Position numbers and translations under genes: made by a program. A stretch of 64,000 nt of DNA from positions 55,871 through 119,870 of IMG/VR virus record IMGVR_UViG_3300011399_000002. One strand, written 5' to 3'. Numbering within the stretch: the first letter of the stretch is position 1; every line of letters begins with the position of its first letter. Below, one piece after another: positions 10,110 through 18,962 of the stretch. Origin of the DNA: a virus (lineage: Duplodnaviria; Heunggongvirae; Uroviricota; Caudoviricetes). The notes beneath the pieces were generated by a model. The model did no database searches. It saw only the letters and a list, made by a program, of their open reading frames with translations, and was not told where the DNA came from.

Positions 10110-10473
10110 TATCCCTCCCCCGTAATACTATGACGGGTATATTTTGCTTTCTAGCGCGTGTAACCATATCTTTTGTTCCAACGCTTGACTCTAGATCAGG
10201 GTGGAACGCGATAACTACGTCAGGATGACCTTCATCGATCATTTGTTGATTTCTAATAGGTCCAGCACCCTTTCCGTAGATGTTCCATTTGGCAGGAAAT
10301 GACAAAAGAGAGACTTTGCGGGAAATAGCCCAATTACGAGCAAATGAATCCGCGCCTTTAGCCTCTCCCTCTATGATGACTGATATTAGCGAATTTTTGT
10401 GTAATTCGTCTAAAATTGACTCAATATACTTAAAATCTCGCCAATTCCTATCGCCAGAGACTAGGACCCTCAT
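10084..10473 (-). CDS. SLOG-superfamily (DUF2493/YspA-like) protein
   Basis: VLVSGDRNW ... VIIEGEAKGADSFARNWA ... WNIYGKGAGPIRNQQM ... VVIAFH, the GAD/Rossmann pattern of phage SLOG proteins. Confidence 0.5.
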   Translation of the reverse strand: MRVLVSGDRNWRDFKYIESILDELHKNSLISVIIEGEAKGADSFARNWAISRKVSLLSFPAKWNIYGKGAGPIRNQQMIDEGHPDVVIAFHPDLESSVGTKDMVTRARKQNIPVIVLRGRDNEDNYGEI

Positions 10474-10682
10474 TTAGCAATGCCAAGTGCTTTAATCTCT
10501 TCCTTATGAGGGGTACAGACTAGCCACGTAGTCCGTGTTTCAGTATCCTCTATCAGCCAAGAGAAGTCATTATCGCACCCGTCAGCCTTAAAATAAGGCA
10601 GAAGGCTACTATCTACCTCACAAGGAGTGGCCTCATCTTCATCCTCGTCCTGAAAGTAAATCCTTTTCATTTTATTCTCCAA
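10470..10682 (-). CDS. hypothetical acidic protein
   Basis: 70-aa ORF, ATGA overlap. Confidence 0.3.
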   Translation of the reverse strand: MENKMKRIYFQDEDEDEATPCEVDSSLLPYFKADGCDNDFSWLIEDTETRTTWLVCTPHKEEIKALGIAK

Positions 10683-11006
10683 CTAAATCTTTGGAGCCCA
10701 CTTAGCAGCTTCCTCAGGTAATCCTGCTTTTGTTAGGTCCCTATATAAATTTGCCTTCCATTTAGGATCGATATCTACTGCGAATGACGGAATGTCCACG
10801 CATACATCAGTATACCTACAATTTTCACATGGACCTTTACTTTTAAATGCTGCATATGCAAATTGCTTTTTATCTTTAATACAACCTTGACACACAAACA
10901 CAGAAAACTCCAATAGGGGAGAGCCGAAGCCCTCCCCTATCAATTGATACCTACTTGGACTTGCAACCAAGATAGGCGATATAGACGTTGATTGCCTCAC
11001 GCTCAA
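10683..11006 (-). CDS. hypothetical Cys-rich protein (start probably internal GTG near 10887)
   Basis: CQGC...CENCRYTDVC; annotated ATG start overlaps a GGGGAG...CTCCCC hairpin (10918-10940) and the upstream gene, GGAG-N6-GTG lies just after the hairpin. Confidence 0.35.
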   Translation of the reverse strand: MSVRQSTSISPILVASPSRYQLIGEGFGSPLLEFSVFVCQGCIKDKKQFAYAAFKSKGPCENCRYTDVCVDIPSFAVDIDPKWKANLYRDLTKAGLPEEAAKWAPKI

Positions 11007-11811
11007 AGTCAGAGAGTGTCATTCTCTCTTCTAGCATGATTGACAGGTCTTCCTGACCCGCTTCTGCTAGCATCTTTGATGCATTCTCCATCACTTGAAC
11101 CTTGTGGATCAGTTTAGTGATGAGGGGGAATTGCTTGATGGAAACCGCTAGGGAATCCTCCACAACAGCGGAGAACGGCTCAGGAGCGGCGATAACCTCA
11201 GGAGTGGACTCAACCACTACCTCAGGAATTTCCTTCTCCTTAACGACCATTGATGCTCCCTTGGCGAGTTTGATCCCATAAGGAATCTTGTCGTTGGTTG
11301 AGCCTGTGCTAAAGGTGATCCTATTCTCCCTCTTTAGCGAGTGGAGAACATGGGTGAGATTGTGTGTGTCAGTAGAAGGCCATCCATTAGCCTTTAGTGC
11401 ACGCGCAATGTCATTGGGAGATTGCCACACACTACCATCGGAAAGAAGAACCATAATCCTCTTCTTTAGCGATAGCTCTGCGATCATTCCCTTCTGATAC
11501 TCTACGAAGAGCCTCTGAGCATCGACTAGGGGAACCTTTAGCGTGTAGTAAGCAGTACGACCAATGACACCGTTCTCACGGTACTCAATGCGCCTCGATA
11601 GGATTCCCTTATCTTCAAGGATTCCGATGACCCTTGTAATAATGGAATAGGTAGTGTTTAGTTCATCTGCGAGTTTGTGTGCAGATGTAACAAACTCTAC
11701 GCCCTGAGGATACTTCTTGTAAAGACCCTCGATGATACGAGCCTGATTCTCTGCCGCATCAAAGAAGTTCTTCTTTGGAAGAAACTCATCCGTGTGGGCC
11801 ATAGCAACCAT
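10951..11811 (-). CDS. winged-helix DNA-binding protein
   Basis: Two MarR/wHTH-like segments (YSIITRVIGILEDKGILSRR; ARALKANGWPS). Confidence 0.45.
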   Translation of the reverse strand: MVAMAHTDEFLPKKNFFDAAENQARIIEGLYKKYPQGVEFVTSAHKLADELNTTYSIITRVIGILEDKGILSRRIEYRENGVIGRTAYYTLKVPLVDAQRLFVEYQKGMIAELSLKKRIMVLLSDGSVWQSPNDIARALKANGWPSTDTHNLTHVLHSLKRENRITFSTGSTNDKIPYGIKLAKGASMVVKEKEIPEVVVESTPEVIAAPEPFSAVVEDSLAVSIKQFPLITKLIHKVQVMENASKMLAEAGQEDLSIMLEERMTLSDFEREAINVYIAYLGCKSK

Positions 11812-12002
11812 TACTTCTTCTTCTCCACTATTAGGTGGTGCCCATTTCTACAGTAACTACAAAGGGTTGAAACACTAAACTTGGATAGCACCTCACTACA
11901 CTTAGGAACACATTTGTCACAAGGACATTTAGTTGTTGTTTGCTTAGCCCAAACACCCATCGTAATAAGTATCTTGTGCCTTTCCAGTGTAGAAAAAATC
12001 AA
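11811..12002 (-). CDS. hypothetical Cys-rich protein
   Basis: 63 aa, CPCDKCVPKC ... CSYC. Confidence 0.3.
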   Translation of the reverse strand: MIFSTLERHKILITMGVWAKQTTTKCPCDKCVPKCSEVLSKFSVSTLCSYCRNGHHLIVEKKK

Positions 12003-12225
12003 AAAGGTCGGGACTTGACTTCTCTAAATTGCCGCATACATTACATAGGGCAATACGATTAGTCAGGTCTACGACCGTTTTTGCATCGACTGGATTGATC
12101 TTGATACAGTTTGAGCATACAGGAATCTTTGCGCCGTCATCCTCCGTGTAAAGGGCATTTGATACATGCCCGCATTTCATGGTGGGTTTACTTACCCGAA
12201 AATATCCCGAGTCATGCGTCTGCAT
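11944..12225 (-). CDS. hypothetical Cys-rich protein, paralog family C
   Basis: MKCGHV ... PVCSNCI ... TYYDGCLG shared with ORF 24435-24824. Confidence 0.4.
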   Translation of the reverse strand: MQTHDSGYFRVSKPTMKCGHVSNALYTEDDGAKIPVCSNCIKINPVDAKTVVDLTNRIALCNVCGNLEKSSPDLFDFFYTGKAQDTYYDGCLG

Positions 12226-12249
12226 GGCGCAAGTGTACCACGGATGGGA

Positions 12250-12576
12250 CTACTCGTCAAGCGCAGAGTTTCTTAGACGACCCCGGATCGTCAAGATGAG
12301 CGTTTCTAGGCCCATTTCTTCGACGCCAGCCCGCTCCGCATCAAGGATAATTGATCTTAGCAGGGTATTAGGGATTTTAATTGCCTCCAATGAACCGTCA
12401 TAAGGTTTATTCTCAGCAATAGCTTCCACAAGTGCTGAAAATCCATGCGCCATAAGGCGCATAACTTGTCCTAGTTGCTGCTCACCGACTGGAATACTTT
12501 GGGTATTATTCCATCCGTATATATCAGCAAGGGCTTCTGCGGCAGCAATTTGTCTACGTGCTTCGCTTAAACTCAT
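12250..12576 (-). CDS. hypothetical protein
   Basis: 108-aa ORF with good RBS context. Confidence 0.4.
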   Translation of the reverse strand: MSLSEARRQIAAAEALADIYGWNNTQSIPVGEQQLGQVMRLMAHGFSALVEAIAENKPYDGSLEAIKIPNTLLRSIILDAERAGVEEMGLETLILTIRGRLRNSALDE

Positions 12577-12748
12577 AAAGCATATTCCTTACGATCTAGG
12601 CCATCATGCTTACCTGTCTCACAACGTAAGCATAAAGATGATTGCCTCTTTGTACCTCTAAAACATAAGCAAGTTTTACAGATACAATCTACAGCATGAA
12701 GTTTCAATTTCTTAGCCAATACTACCACTATTTTAGGTATCCTTTTAG

Positions 12749-12798
12749 CGAAATAAAAAAGGGACCACCCACCTCTCCCGTCACGCAAGAAGTGGATG
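12749..12798 (-). terminator. rho-independent terminator (minus strand)
   Basis: On minus strand GGGATCATCCAC...GTGGGTGGTCCC imperfect 12-bp stem followed by TTTTTTATTT, just downstream of CDS 12848-13474. Confidence 0.45.
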
Positions 12799-12847
12799 AT
12801 CCCTTAGGTTTAATCAACTGATATAGTTAAGAGAGAGGTTAATCTGG

Positions 12848-13474
12848 TTAAGCGGTAACTGCCGCCTCAGTATTAGGGGTTGCATCCTCGTTAGAGGTAC
12901 TACCCTCCCCGGTAGTATTCGCGGCAGAAGCCATTGCAGTCTCAATTGCACTCTTGAGTTTAGCAAGTTCCACCGGGTCAATACCGGATAGGGTTTCAGG
13001 GTTAATCTCAGAAAGATTATCCACACGGAAAATCTTCTTGCGGGGACCGCGCCGCTTCGCAAAGCCCTGATCCATCTTGTAAGATGCAGTAGCGTCACGA
13101 ACATACTTCGGAGTACGCGAAGAATTCTCCTCGACAGCACCACGAAGGAATTGCACGGCCCAAGCCGTAATCTGCTTGGCATCAGTATAAGGCTCTGGAG
13201 CCTGACCCTGAACCCAAGGATAAACGTCTAGGAAATCTAGACGCCGATTACGATGAGAAATGTCCTCAACGATCTGGTTAGGATCGTAGGGGGCAAGAAC
13301 AGAGAAATTCTCTGCAATTACACCTTCCGATGTAACTACAAAGTTAGCCTGTCCACCGAAGAGGTTATAAACCCCCTGCCAAGCGGCAAGTAGAGCGTTA
13401 CCACGCCCATCCTCAGTAGATACAGTAATTGACTCAGAACGCTCAGGAGCGGTCTGAACAGGAGTCTTAGCCAT
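12848..13474 (-). CDS. hypothetical protein (possible ssDNA-binding/annealing protein)
   Basis: 208 aa, strong AGGAAAGGAACC RBS, acidic disordered C-tail (EGSTSNEDATPNTEAAVTA) as in SSB/SSAP proteins; first gene of minus block. Confidence 0.45.
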   Translation of the reverse strand: MAKTPVQTAPERSESITVSTEDGRGNALLAAWQGVYNLFGGQANFVVTSEGVIAENFSVLAPYDPNQIVEDISHRNRRLDFLDVYPWVQGQAPEPYTDAKQITAWAVQFLRGAVEENSSRTPKYVRDATASYKMDQGFAKRRGPRKKIFRVDNLSEINPETLSGIDPVELAKLKSAIETAMASAANTTGEGSTSNEDATPNTEAAVTA

Positions 13475-13831
13475 TTAATAAGGTTCCTTTCCTTTAGGCT
13501 AGACTAACCTATCTCTCTCAATCTATATTCAGTTGTTAAGGTGCGGAGTGTTTTAGCCACTCCCCGCGTCCCGGTGTCAGATTTTGTGACTGATTACTCA
13601 ACCAATTCTCTGACCCGTGGTCCCTGTCCGCGAGGGGTCAGGGTTCGACCGCTAGGAGCATCCTAGGGCATAGGCGGCGAAGAGTCAACATCTATTTTCA
13701 AATCACGTTTATTGGTCAGCGTTTCTTTAAGGAATTTCATAACTCCAGATTTAGGTGCCATTGTTCACGCAATTCCTCCATCGAATTTCAATCGGGGCGC
13801 TGTTACCTAACGGCAATGGGGACAATATTAC

Positions 13832-13915
13832 CACGTAATATACATTCTTTTGCTGCGCCGCGTAAATCATCCTAATTCATCGCGTAATATGAGGTGCAAT
13901 GCACCGCGTAAGAAG
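13832..13915. repeat. iteron-like direct repeats C(G/A)CGTAA x4
   Basis: ccACGTAATAta, gcCGCGTAAAtc, atCGCGTAATAtga, acCGCGTAAGaa spaced 22-26 bp in the divergent intergenic region. Confidence 0.4.
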
Positions 13916-13955
13916 GGCGATTCTTGCAATCATTCTTGCTATTTCATCTTTTCGC

Positions 13956-13985
13956 TTGACAAGTCAGACGATCCGTGCTACGCGC
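13956..13985 (+). promoter_or_regulatory. promoter-like TTGACAAGT element, weak -10
   Basis: ttcgcTTGACAagtcagacgATCCGTGctacgcg; duplicate of the 14088 element but -10 is poor. Confidence 0.3.
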
Positions 13986-14087
13986 GGGGGCCTTATTAGG
14001 GGCTCACAGGGGCCATTTTATGCGGTAATATGCCCGAGCAATTTATGAGGCGTTTCTTACGATCTGCAAACCTGTGCCATTTTTTGC

Positions 14088-14117
14088 TTGACAAGTTACG
14101 GCGATCCGTGAGATAAT
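14088..14117 (+). promoter_or_regulatory. sigma70-type promoter for plus-strand small-ORF operon
   Basis: TTGACA-18 nt-GATAAT, 55 bp upstream of TTG-initiated ORF 14175 with GGAG RBS. Confidence 0.55.
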
Positions 14118-14174
14118 ACGAGTGTCGGAAACGCACGGGCAAATGACCCGGCAAAGAAAGAAATGGAGTAGAAA

Positions 14175-14720
14175 TTGAATTCTCTGATCATCAATAGCAA
14201 CCAGATCAAGTCCCGTCGCTATAATCTTGTTATTGATGGCAAGATTGTCGAGGAAATGCTGACGGCTAGGGAAGCCAATCTCTATCGGGATGAATATCGG
14301 GCAGAGGGATTTGCTGTAGATAAGGTCGAGGTCTTTAGCGTCACTAAGGGCATCGAAATTGTCGGTGAGAATGCGGTGGTCAATAGGGATGAGGTTGCTA
14401 CAAGGGCAATCGGAACCCCTGAGGCTACTCCTAACAAAATCAATTACGATAGGTCCCGGCAGCGGGCTAAGAATAACGGAGCCAATAAGAAGCGTCATAC
14501 CGATGGAATTCGGTACACCTCTTATGGTAGGGATAAGAATTCCACCCTCCATGCTGAATATCTTGCCAATCTTCGCAAGAATGGCTTTAGGGTCCACAAT
14601 CTCCTGACCGATGAGGTTTGGATTGGCCTCCAGAAAGAAATCGTCCCTCGTATCGTCAATTACGTGAAGTTTGGCGGCAAGGTTGACGATCTGAATATCA
14701 AGTTCCTTGGAGCAGAGTAA
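14175..14720 (+). CDS. hypothetical protein
   Basis: 181-aa ORF, TTG start 6 nt after GGAG. Confidence 0.45.
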   Translation: MNSLIINSNQIKSRRYNLVIDGKIVEEMLTAREANLYRDEYRAEGFAVDKVEVFSVTKGIEIVGENAVVNRDEVATRAIGTPEATPNKINYDRSRQRAKNNGANKKRHTDGIRYTSYGRDKNSTLHAEYLANLRKNGFRVHNLLTDEVWIGLQKEIVPRIVNYVKFGGKVDDLNIKFLGAE

Positions 14721-14928
14721 AATGGATGATCTGGATTTCTCCTATCTTACCGAAGAATTTCATCACTTTAGGGTTGGTCCCAGCAGCACTTGGATTGTTG
14801 AGGGATTGGTTGCAGATTGGTGCAAGAATAATCCAATCCCTGAGAATTTCGATGAGAATGACTCTTGGCATTGGTCCATTGCAGAGATGCATAACCTCCA
14901 CAATCAGTTGAAGGAAAGGAACAAGTAG
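14707..14928 (+). CDS. hypothetical protein
   Basis: 73-aa ORF, Trp-rich. Confidence 0.35.
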   Translation: MEQSKMDDLDFSYLTEEFHHFRVGPSSTWIVEGLVADWCKNNPIPENFDENDSWHWSIAEMHNLHNQLKERNK

Positions 14929-15119
14929 TGGAAGGGTTTTGGGTAAAGCAACTGAATATCAGAAACCTTCATCTGGCTATTGCTTGTAATGATAACGTTG
15001 CAGAAGCCATGATGAAGAGAAGCAAGAAGAAGTGGAGTATCAATTTCGATAGCCTTAGCGGTCAATTCTTCTTTACCCTTAGGATCAAGACAATTTTCAT
15101 CAATGTGGATTGGACGTAG
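14928..15119 (+). CDS. hypothetical protein
   Basis: 63-aa ORF. Confidence 0.25.
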   Translation: MEGFWVKQLNIRNLHLAIACNDNVAEAMMKRSKKKWSINFDSLSGQFFFTLRIKTIFINVDWT

Positions 15120-15496
15120 AAATGGCAACTCGTCGTGGTGATAATATTCCTGATGTGAGCGAATACGCTCATTGGAATGAAGAGGCTTATTCCATGTGGT
15201 ATGCGGAAAACCGCTACGATATGGAACACGCTGATGAAATCATTGAAGATGATTGGGATGATCAGGATCGTAATTACTACGAGCCTGAGCCCGATATCGA
15301 GATGGAGTTTGATACAGAAGAAGAAGCCCAAGCATTCTTTGATCGTCCTCAGGATTGGGGTTACTCAATTCCTGTGCATTCAATGTCAATGAGGTACTAC
15401 GAATACAAGAATAAGTGGGAAGTCGAAGGCTTTACCAAAGAACTTGGTGAGAAGGCAGTCGAAATCAATAGAAAGAGAAGGATGCGCGATGGATAA
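15110..15496 (+). CDS. hypothetical acidic protein
   Basis: 128 aa, Asp/Glu/Trp-rich. Confidence 0.4.
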   Translation: MDVEMATRRGDNIPDVSEYAHWNEEAYSMWYAENRYDMEHADEIIEDDWDDQDRNYYEPEPDIEMEFDTEEEAQAFFDRPQDWGYSIPVHSMSMRYYEYKNKWEVEGFTKELGEKAVEINRKRRMRDG

Positions 15497-15671
15497 TTGC
15501 AATGCCTATTTCGATGGCATGTTTGCTGGTTTCATGTGCATGAGAAAGAAAGAGCATGGTGGTAAGTTTCATCTTTGGTTTATCAAGGGGCAGGGAAACA
15601 ACAGCCACAATAGAATTTACTGGACTGACGAGAAAAACTCTTGGAAGTCAATGTACAGAAAGGCTAAGTAA
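15444..15671 (+). CDS. hypothetical protein
   Basis: 75-aa ORF. Confidence 0.35.
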   Translation: MVRRQSKSIEREGCAMDNCNAYFDGMFAGFMCMRKKEHGGKFHLWFIKGQGNNSHNRIYWTDEKNSWKSMYRKAK

Positions 15672-15672
15672 A

Positions 15673-15936
15673 ATGGCTACCATGCCGGAATACCTCAATG
15701 TTGAGAAGTACGTTGCAGAAATTCTCAACTATGAGCATGTTATCGAAGCAACCCGTGAATTGATCACGGTCATCAATCAAGATACGGAGGAAAATCTCCC
15801 CATCAAAGAAATTAAGTCCCTTCGTAATAAGTACGGAACTGGTTGGACAGTTTGGGCTATTATGGATAATGGCAATCCCTATAAGTATGCAATGTATATC
15901 ACCGAAGATGGTCAGATCATTGCGGATGGGTTTTAA
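15673..15936 (+). CDS. hypothetical protein
   Basis: Start moved to ATG 15673 (MATMPEYL) after stop of upstream ORF. Confidence 0.4.
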   Translation: MATMPEYLNVEKYVAEILNYEHVIEATRELITVINQDTEENLPIKEIKSLRNKYGTGWTVWAIMDNGNPYKYAMYITEDGQIIADGF

Positions 15937-15938
15937 AG

Positions 15939-16169
15939 ATGGATTTGGATACAGATCACAGAAGCACTTGGAGTCATCAAATTCAAGCAACTAGTTATGG
16001 AGCGGCTGTAGATACAGCAATTCTTGTACTAGGCAAGCAACTAAATAAGCATATTGTACCTGATGAGGTTTGTGCTGTTGGTCCTTTTCCTATCACAATG
16101 CGCGAGGGCGCAGTAAATCGCTATAACAATTTCGATGGTGTTTGGGACGTTACAATTAGGTGGTATTAG
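15939..16169 (+). CDS. hypothetical protein
   Basis: 76-aa ORF. Confidence 0.35.
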   Translation: MDLDTDHRSTWSHQIQATSYGAAVDTAILVLGKQLNKHIVPDEVCAVGPFPITMREGAVNRYNNFDGVWDVTIRWY

Positions 16170-16406
16170 ATGTTGGATAAGAAAGACGTTCTCACTACAA
16201 TCCATCGTACACTTAGGGATCACACCCCTCGTCCACAATTCCCTGAGTTTTCCCAACACTTTGCAGAGGGTTCTGAAAGTAGTTTCATCACAATTCTTTG
16301 TAATTGCAGCGATATGGAGGATATGCATCCAGACGTTTATCGTGAGCATCTAGCAGCAGAATTGTTCCGGGCAATGGATGAATTGGAGCAGGATACAAAT
16401 GAGTAA
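16170..16406 (+). CDS. hypothetical protein
   Basis: 78-aa ORF, TAGATG junction. Confidence 0.4.
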   Translation: MLDKKDVLTTIHRTLRDHTPRPQFPEFSQHFAEGSESSFITILCNCSDMEDMHPDVYREHLAAELFRAMDELEQDTNE

Positions 16407-16737
16407 CATTAGCCAAGAGCATTGGGAAGACGTTATCCCTGATCCTAATGAGGATGGGGTTGAGGCTTATCTGAGTTTTTACGATAGGCTCCATAAATTC
16501 ACCCCCGGTGAGCGTATCGATAGTAGATACGGTTCATATTATCAGTGCACATACACTCTACATAGAAGGGATGGAACGCCATACGTTTGTAATGGCTCTA
16601 GTCACGACTCAATGCATGAGCCTATGGATTGCTGTCATTGTAAGCATGGAGTTTATCTTCATACTTCTTATGATATTCCATGTGGAAGATGTGAAATGGA
16701 GTCGTCTTTTGACGGGCCTTGGGATGACGACGAGTAA
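16399..16737 (+). CDS. hypothetical Cys-rich protein
   Basis: CNGSSHDSMHEPMDCCHCKHG ... CGRCE; start set at internal ATG 16399. Confidence 0.4.
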   Translation: MSNISQEHWEDVIPDPNEDGVEAYLSFYDRLHKFTPGERIDSRYGSYYQCTYTLHRRDGTPYVCNGSSHDSMHEPMDCCHCKHGVYLHTSYDIPCGRCEMESSFDGPWDDDE

Positions 16738-16738
16738 T

Positions 16739-16879
16739 ATGCCCCAACTTATCAAAGAGTGGGAAAAGAAACTAAAGGGGTTAGATGAAGAAGAATTCCT
16801 AGCAGCCCTAGTTGCTTTTGAAGTCGAGAAAGCCCGCAGGATGCGGGAATTGATGGAGGAAACGAAAAATGCCGAGTAA
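16739..16879 (+). CDS. hypothetical small protein
   Basis: 46 aa MPQLIKEWEKK..., starts 2 nt after previous stop. Confidence 0.3.
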   Translation: MPQLIKEWEKKLKGLDEEEFLAALVAFEVEKARRMRELMEETKNAE

Positions 16880-17111
16880 TACGGTTGCTGATCTAGAGTT
16901 GGCTCTGTCTGGTAAGGGATATCACTGGATTAAAACATACGATCAAGAGAAGGGTATCTGTGTTGTAAAAGCAACGCGCGATATTGGGGGATCAACAATC
17001 GTTTCAAAGAATTCTTCTAGGTCAAGTCTTTGGTCCGCTTATAAGAGGGCTCTAGAGTTGACTTTGGAGCAACTAAATGACTACGAGAAAGCCGCAGGAA
17101 AGACCTTCTGA
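16869..17111 (+). CDS. hypothetical protein
   Basis: 80-aa ORF. Confidence 0.4.
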   Translation: MPSNTVADLELALSGKGYHWIKTYDQEKGICVVKATRDIGGSTIVSKNSSRSSLWSAYKRALELTLEQLNDYEKAAGKTF

Positions 17112-17489
17112 AATGGCTGGTGAAGATAGTCACCTAGAGTCTGATTACGAAGATAGGTTTATCGCTGATACAGATATTGACGAGGAGATTGATGAAGATA
17201 TCGACTGGGATGGTGGTCCAGTAGATTTCACCGAAGAGTGGTTTTAGTTAGTTCCTAAGTTCATCCATAGCACACTTCACAAATATTTGCTTTATCCTAG
17301 TGAAGTGTGCTAAAATGAGGCTAGGAACCTCAGGTGGAAAAAAAGAGAGCAGTGTGATATCGCACGTTTTTCCATCTAAGTAACATGATGATTGCGGCTA
17401 TAAAAGGGGCGATACTTTTATAGTACCTATATCGTCCATATCATGTTATCCTCCGTGACGGCTCCGGTTATCCGTCGCTAAAATTCTAT

Positions 17490-17565
17490 GGCCCCTTAGC
17501 TCAATGGTTAGAGCATTTGTCTTATACACAAACGGTTCTAGGTTCGAATCCTAGAGGGGCTACCA
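17490..17565 (+). tRNA. tRNA-Ile (anticodon UAU)
   Basis: Manual cloverleaf: acceptor GGCCCCT/AGGGGCT, D GCTC/GAGC, anticodon stem TTTGT/ACAAA loop CTTATAC, T-arm CTAGG-TTCGAAT-CCTAG, encoded CCA. Confidence 0.7.
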
Positions 17566-17675
17566 AATAAATTGGGACTGTGTATCGGTTATTGCTGGGG
17601 CAATAACCTTCGGGACCTCCCGTCCGCTCCAACAAAGAGTCACAGATAAGTTGTGAGCATCCGAAAGAAAATGGA

Positions 17676-17873
17676 GTGATAATCTTGGCAAACTTCAAGA
17701 GAAAGAAGAAGAAGCAATACTGGCATGTAACTTGTTGCCGTGGTGAAGCAACAAGAATGGGAGGAAACTCGCGGGATAGGTTCCCTGATAAGATGTACCG
17801 TCAACCTCAAATGTATGTTTACAATGAACGTGACCCTGAGAGATACATTCATCAGAAAGTGAAGTACGAATGA
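17676..17873 (+). CDS. hypothetical basic protein
   Basis: 65 aa, KRKKKKQY. Confidence 0.3.
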   Translation: MIILANFKRKKKKQYWHVTCCRGEATRMGGNSRDRFPDKMYRQPQMYVYNERDPERYIHQKVKYE

Positions 17874-18271
17874 AATTCAAAGTCTCTGATATCAATGATG
17901 ACGATCCTGAGATTTGGGTAAGTGTATTCGGGCGCAAGATAAAGACTGCTGCCGATGCATTTGAATTTCTCTATGAGCATCCAAACGCTTATGATCACGA
18001 TGATCAAAATGAATGGGATAAACTCACACTAAAGGATCGCTGGTCTGAGTCTCATGGTCAATTCATTGAACACATGACTCTTAGTGTAAGTAAAAAGGGT
18101 GTTTGGCTAGAGACTGGTCCTATCTATTGGGAAGATCAATTCCCTGATATGTACAAGCCTAGATGGCACACCAATATGCACGATATCCGTCTTGATGTTG
18201 GTGCAAAGACCTTTGAGAAGGCTCTCATTAAACTGGCAAAGAAAGTGAGAAAGTATTACGGTGACTATTAA
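17870..18271 (+). CDS. hypothetical protein
   Basis: 133-aa ORF, ATGA overlap. Confidence 0.45.
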   Translation: MKFKVSDINDDDPEIWVSVFGRKIKTAADAFEFLYEHPNAYDHDDQNEWDKLTLKDRWSESHGQFIEHMTLSVSKKGVWLETGPIYWEDQFPDMYKPRWHTNMHDIRLDVGAKTFEKALIKLAKKVRKYYGDY

Positions 18272-18962
18272 ATATTACAAAGTCGGTGGCGCAGTAAGAG
18301 ATGAAATCCTTGGTGTTAGGTCCAAGGATATTGATTTCGCAGTCGAGGCAGATAGTTACGAGGAAATGCGTGACGATCTTCTCAGTAAGGGCTCAATCAT
18401 TTGGCAGGAGCGCCCTGAATTCTTTGCAATCAGGGCTAAGCATCCAGATTTTGGCCCGGTAGATTTTACCCTATGCAGAAAGGAAGGGTTCTACTCCGAT
18501 AATAGGCATCCCGATAGCGTTGAGATTGGTACGATCTATGATGATCTTGCCCGTCGTGACTTTACAGTCAATGCTATTGCTCTGGATTTTACTGAGACTT
18601 CCTCAACAACATTGATTGATCCTCATGGTGGCGTAATCGACATTTCTAAGAATTTGCTTAGGTGTGTTGGTTCTCCTGAGGAAAGATTTACTGAGGACCC
18701 TCTAAGAATTCTACGTGCAGTTAGATTTCATATTGTGCGCGGGTTTGATCTGGACTTTGATCTAGAGGTAAGTCTTAGTTCTTTCCCTCTAATTGATGGC
18801 TTGAAGAAAATCCCTCTAGAGAGAATTTACGAGGAACTAAACAAGTGCTTTGCTCATGATACTTGGAACACGCTAATGTTCCTTGATAAGCATGAGTACC
18901 TGAAAGATGTAATCTTCCTAGAAATGGGTCTGAAACTGGCCCCAAGAATTAATGGTGACTAA
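18261..18962 (+). CDS. tRNA nucleotidyltransferase (CCA-adding enzyme) head-domain protein
   Basis: Class II polymerase-beta NTase signature GGAVRDEILGVRSKDIDFAV at N-terminus, RDFTVNA; 233 aa. Confidence 0.7.
   Translation: MTIKYYKVGGAVRDEILGVRSKDIDFAVEADSYEEMRDDLLSKGSIIWQERPEFFAIRAKHPDFGPVDFTLCRKEGFYSDNRHPDSVEIGTIYDDLARRDFTVNAIALDFTETSSTTLIDPHGGVIDISKNLLRCVGSPEERFTEDPLRILRAVRFHIVRGFDLDFDLEVSLSSFPLIDGLKKIPLERIYEELNKCFAHDTWNTLMFLDKHEYLKDVIFLEMGLKLAPRINGD

Noticed and set aside
12573-13182. ORFs 12573-12788 (-) and 12814-13182 (-)
   Set aside because: First overlaps the predicted minus-strand terminator. Second lies in an alternative frame inside CDS 12848-13474 with Arg/Leu-rich nonsense-like composition.
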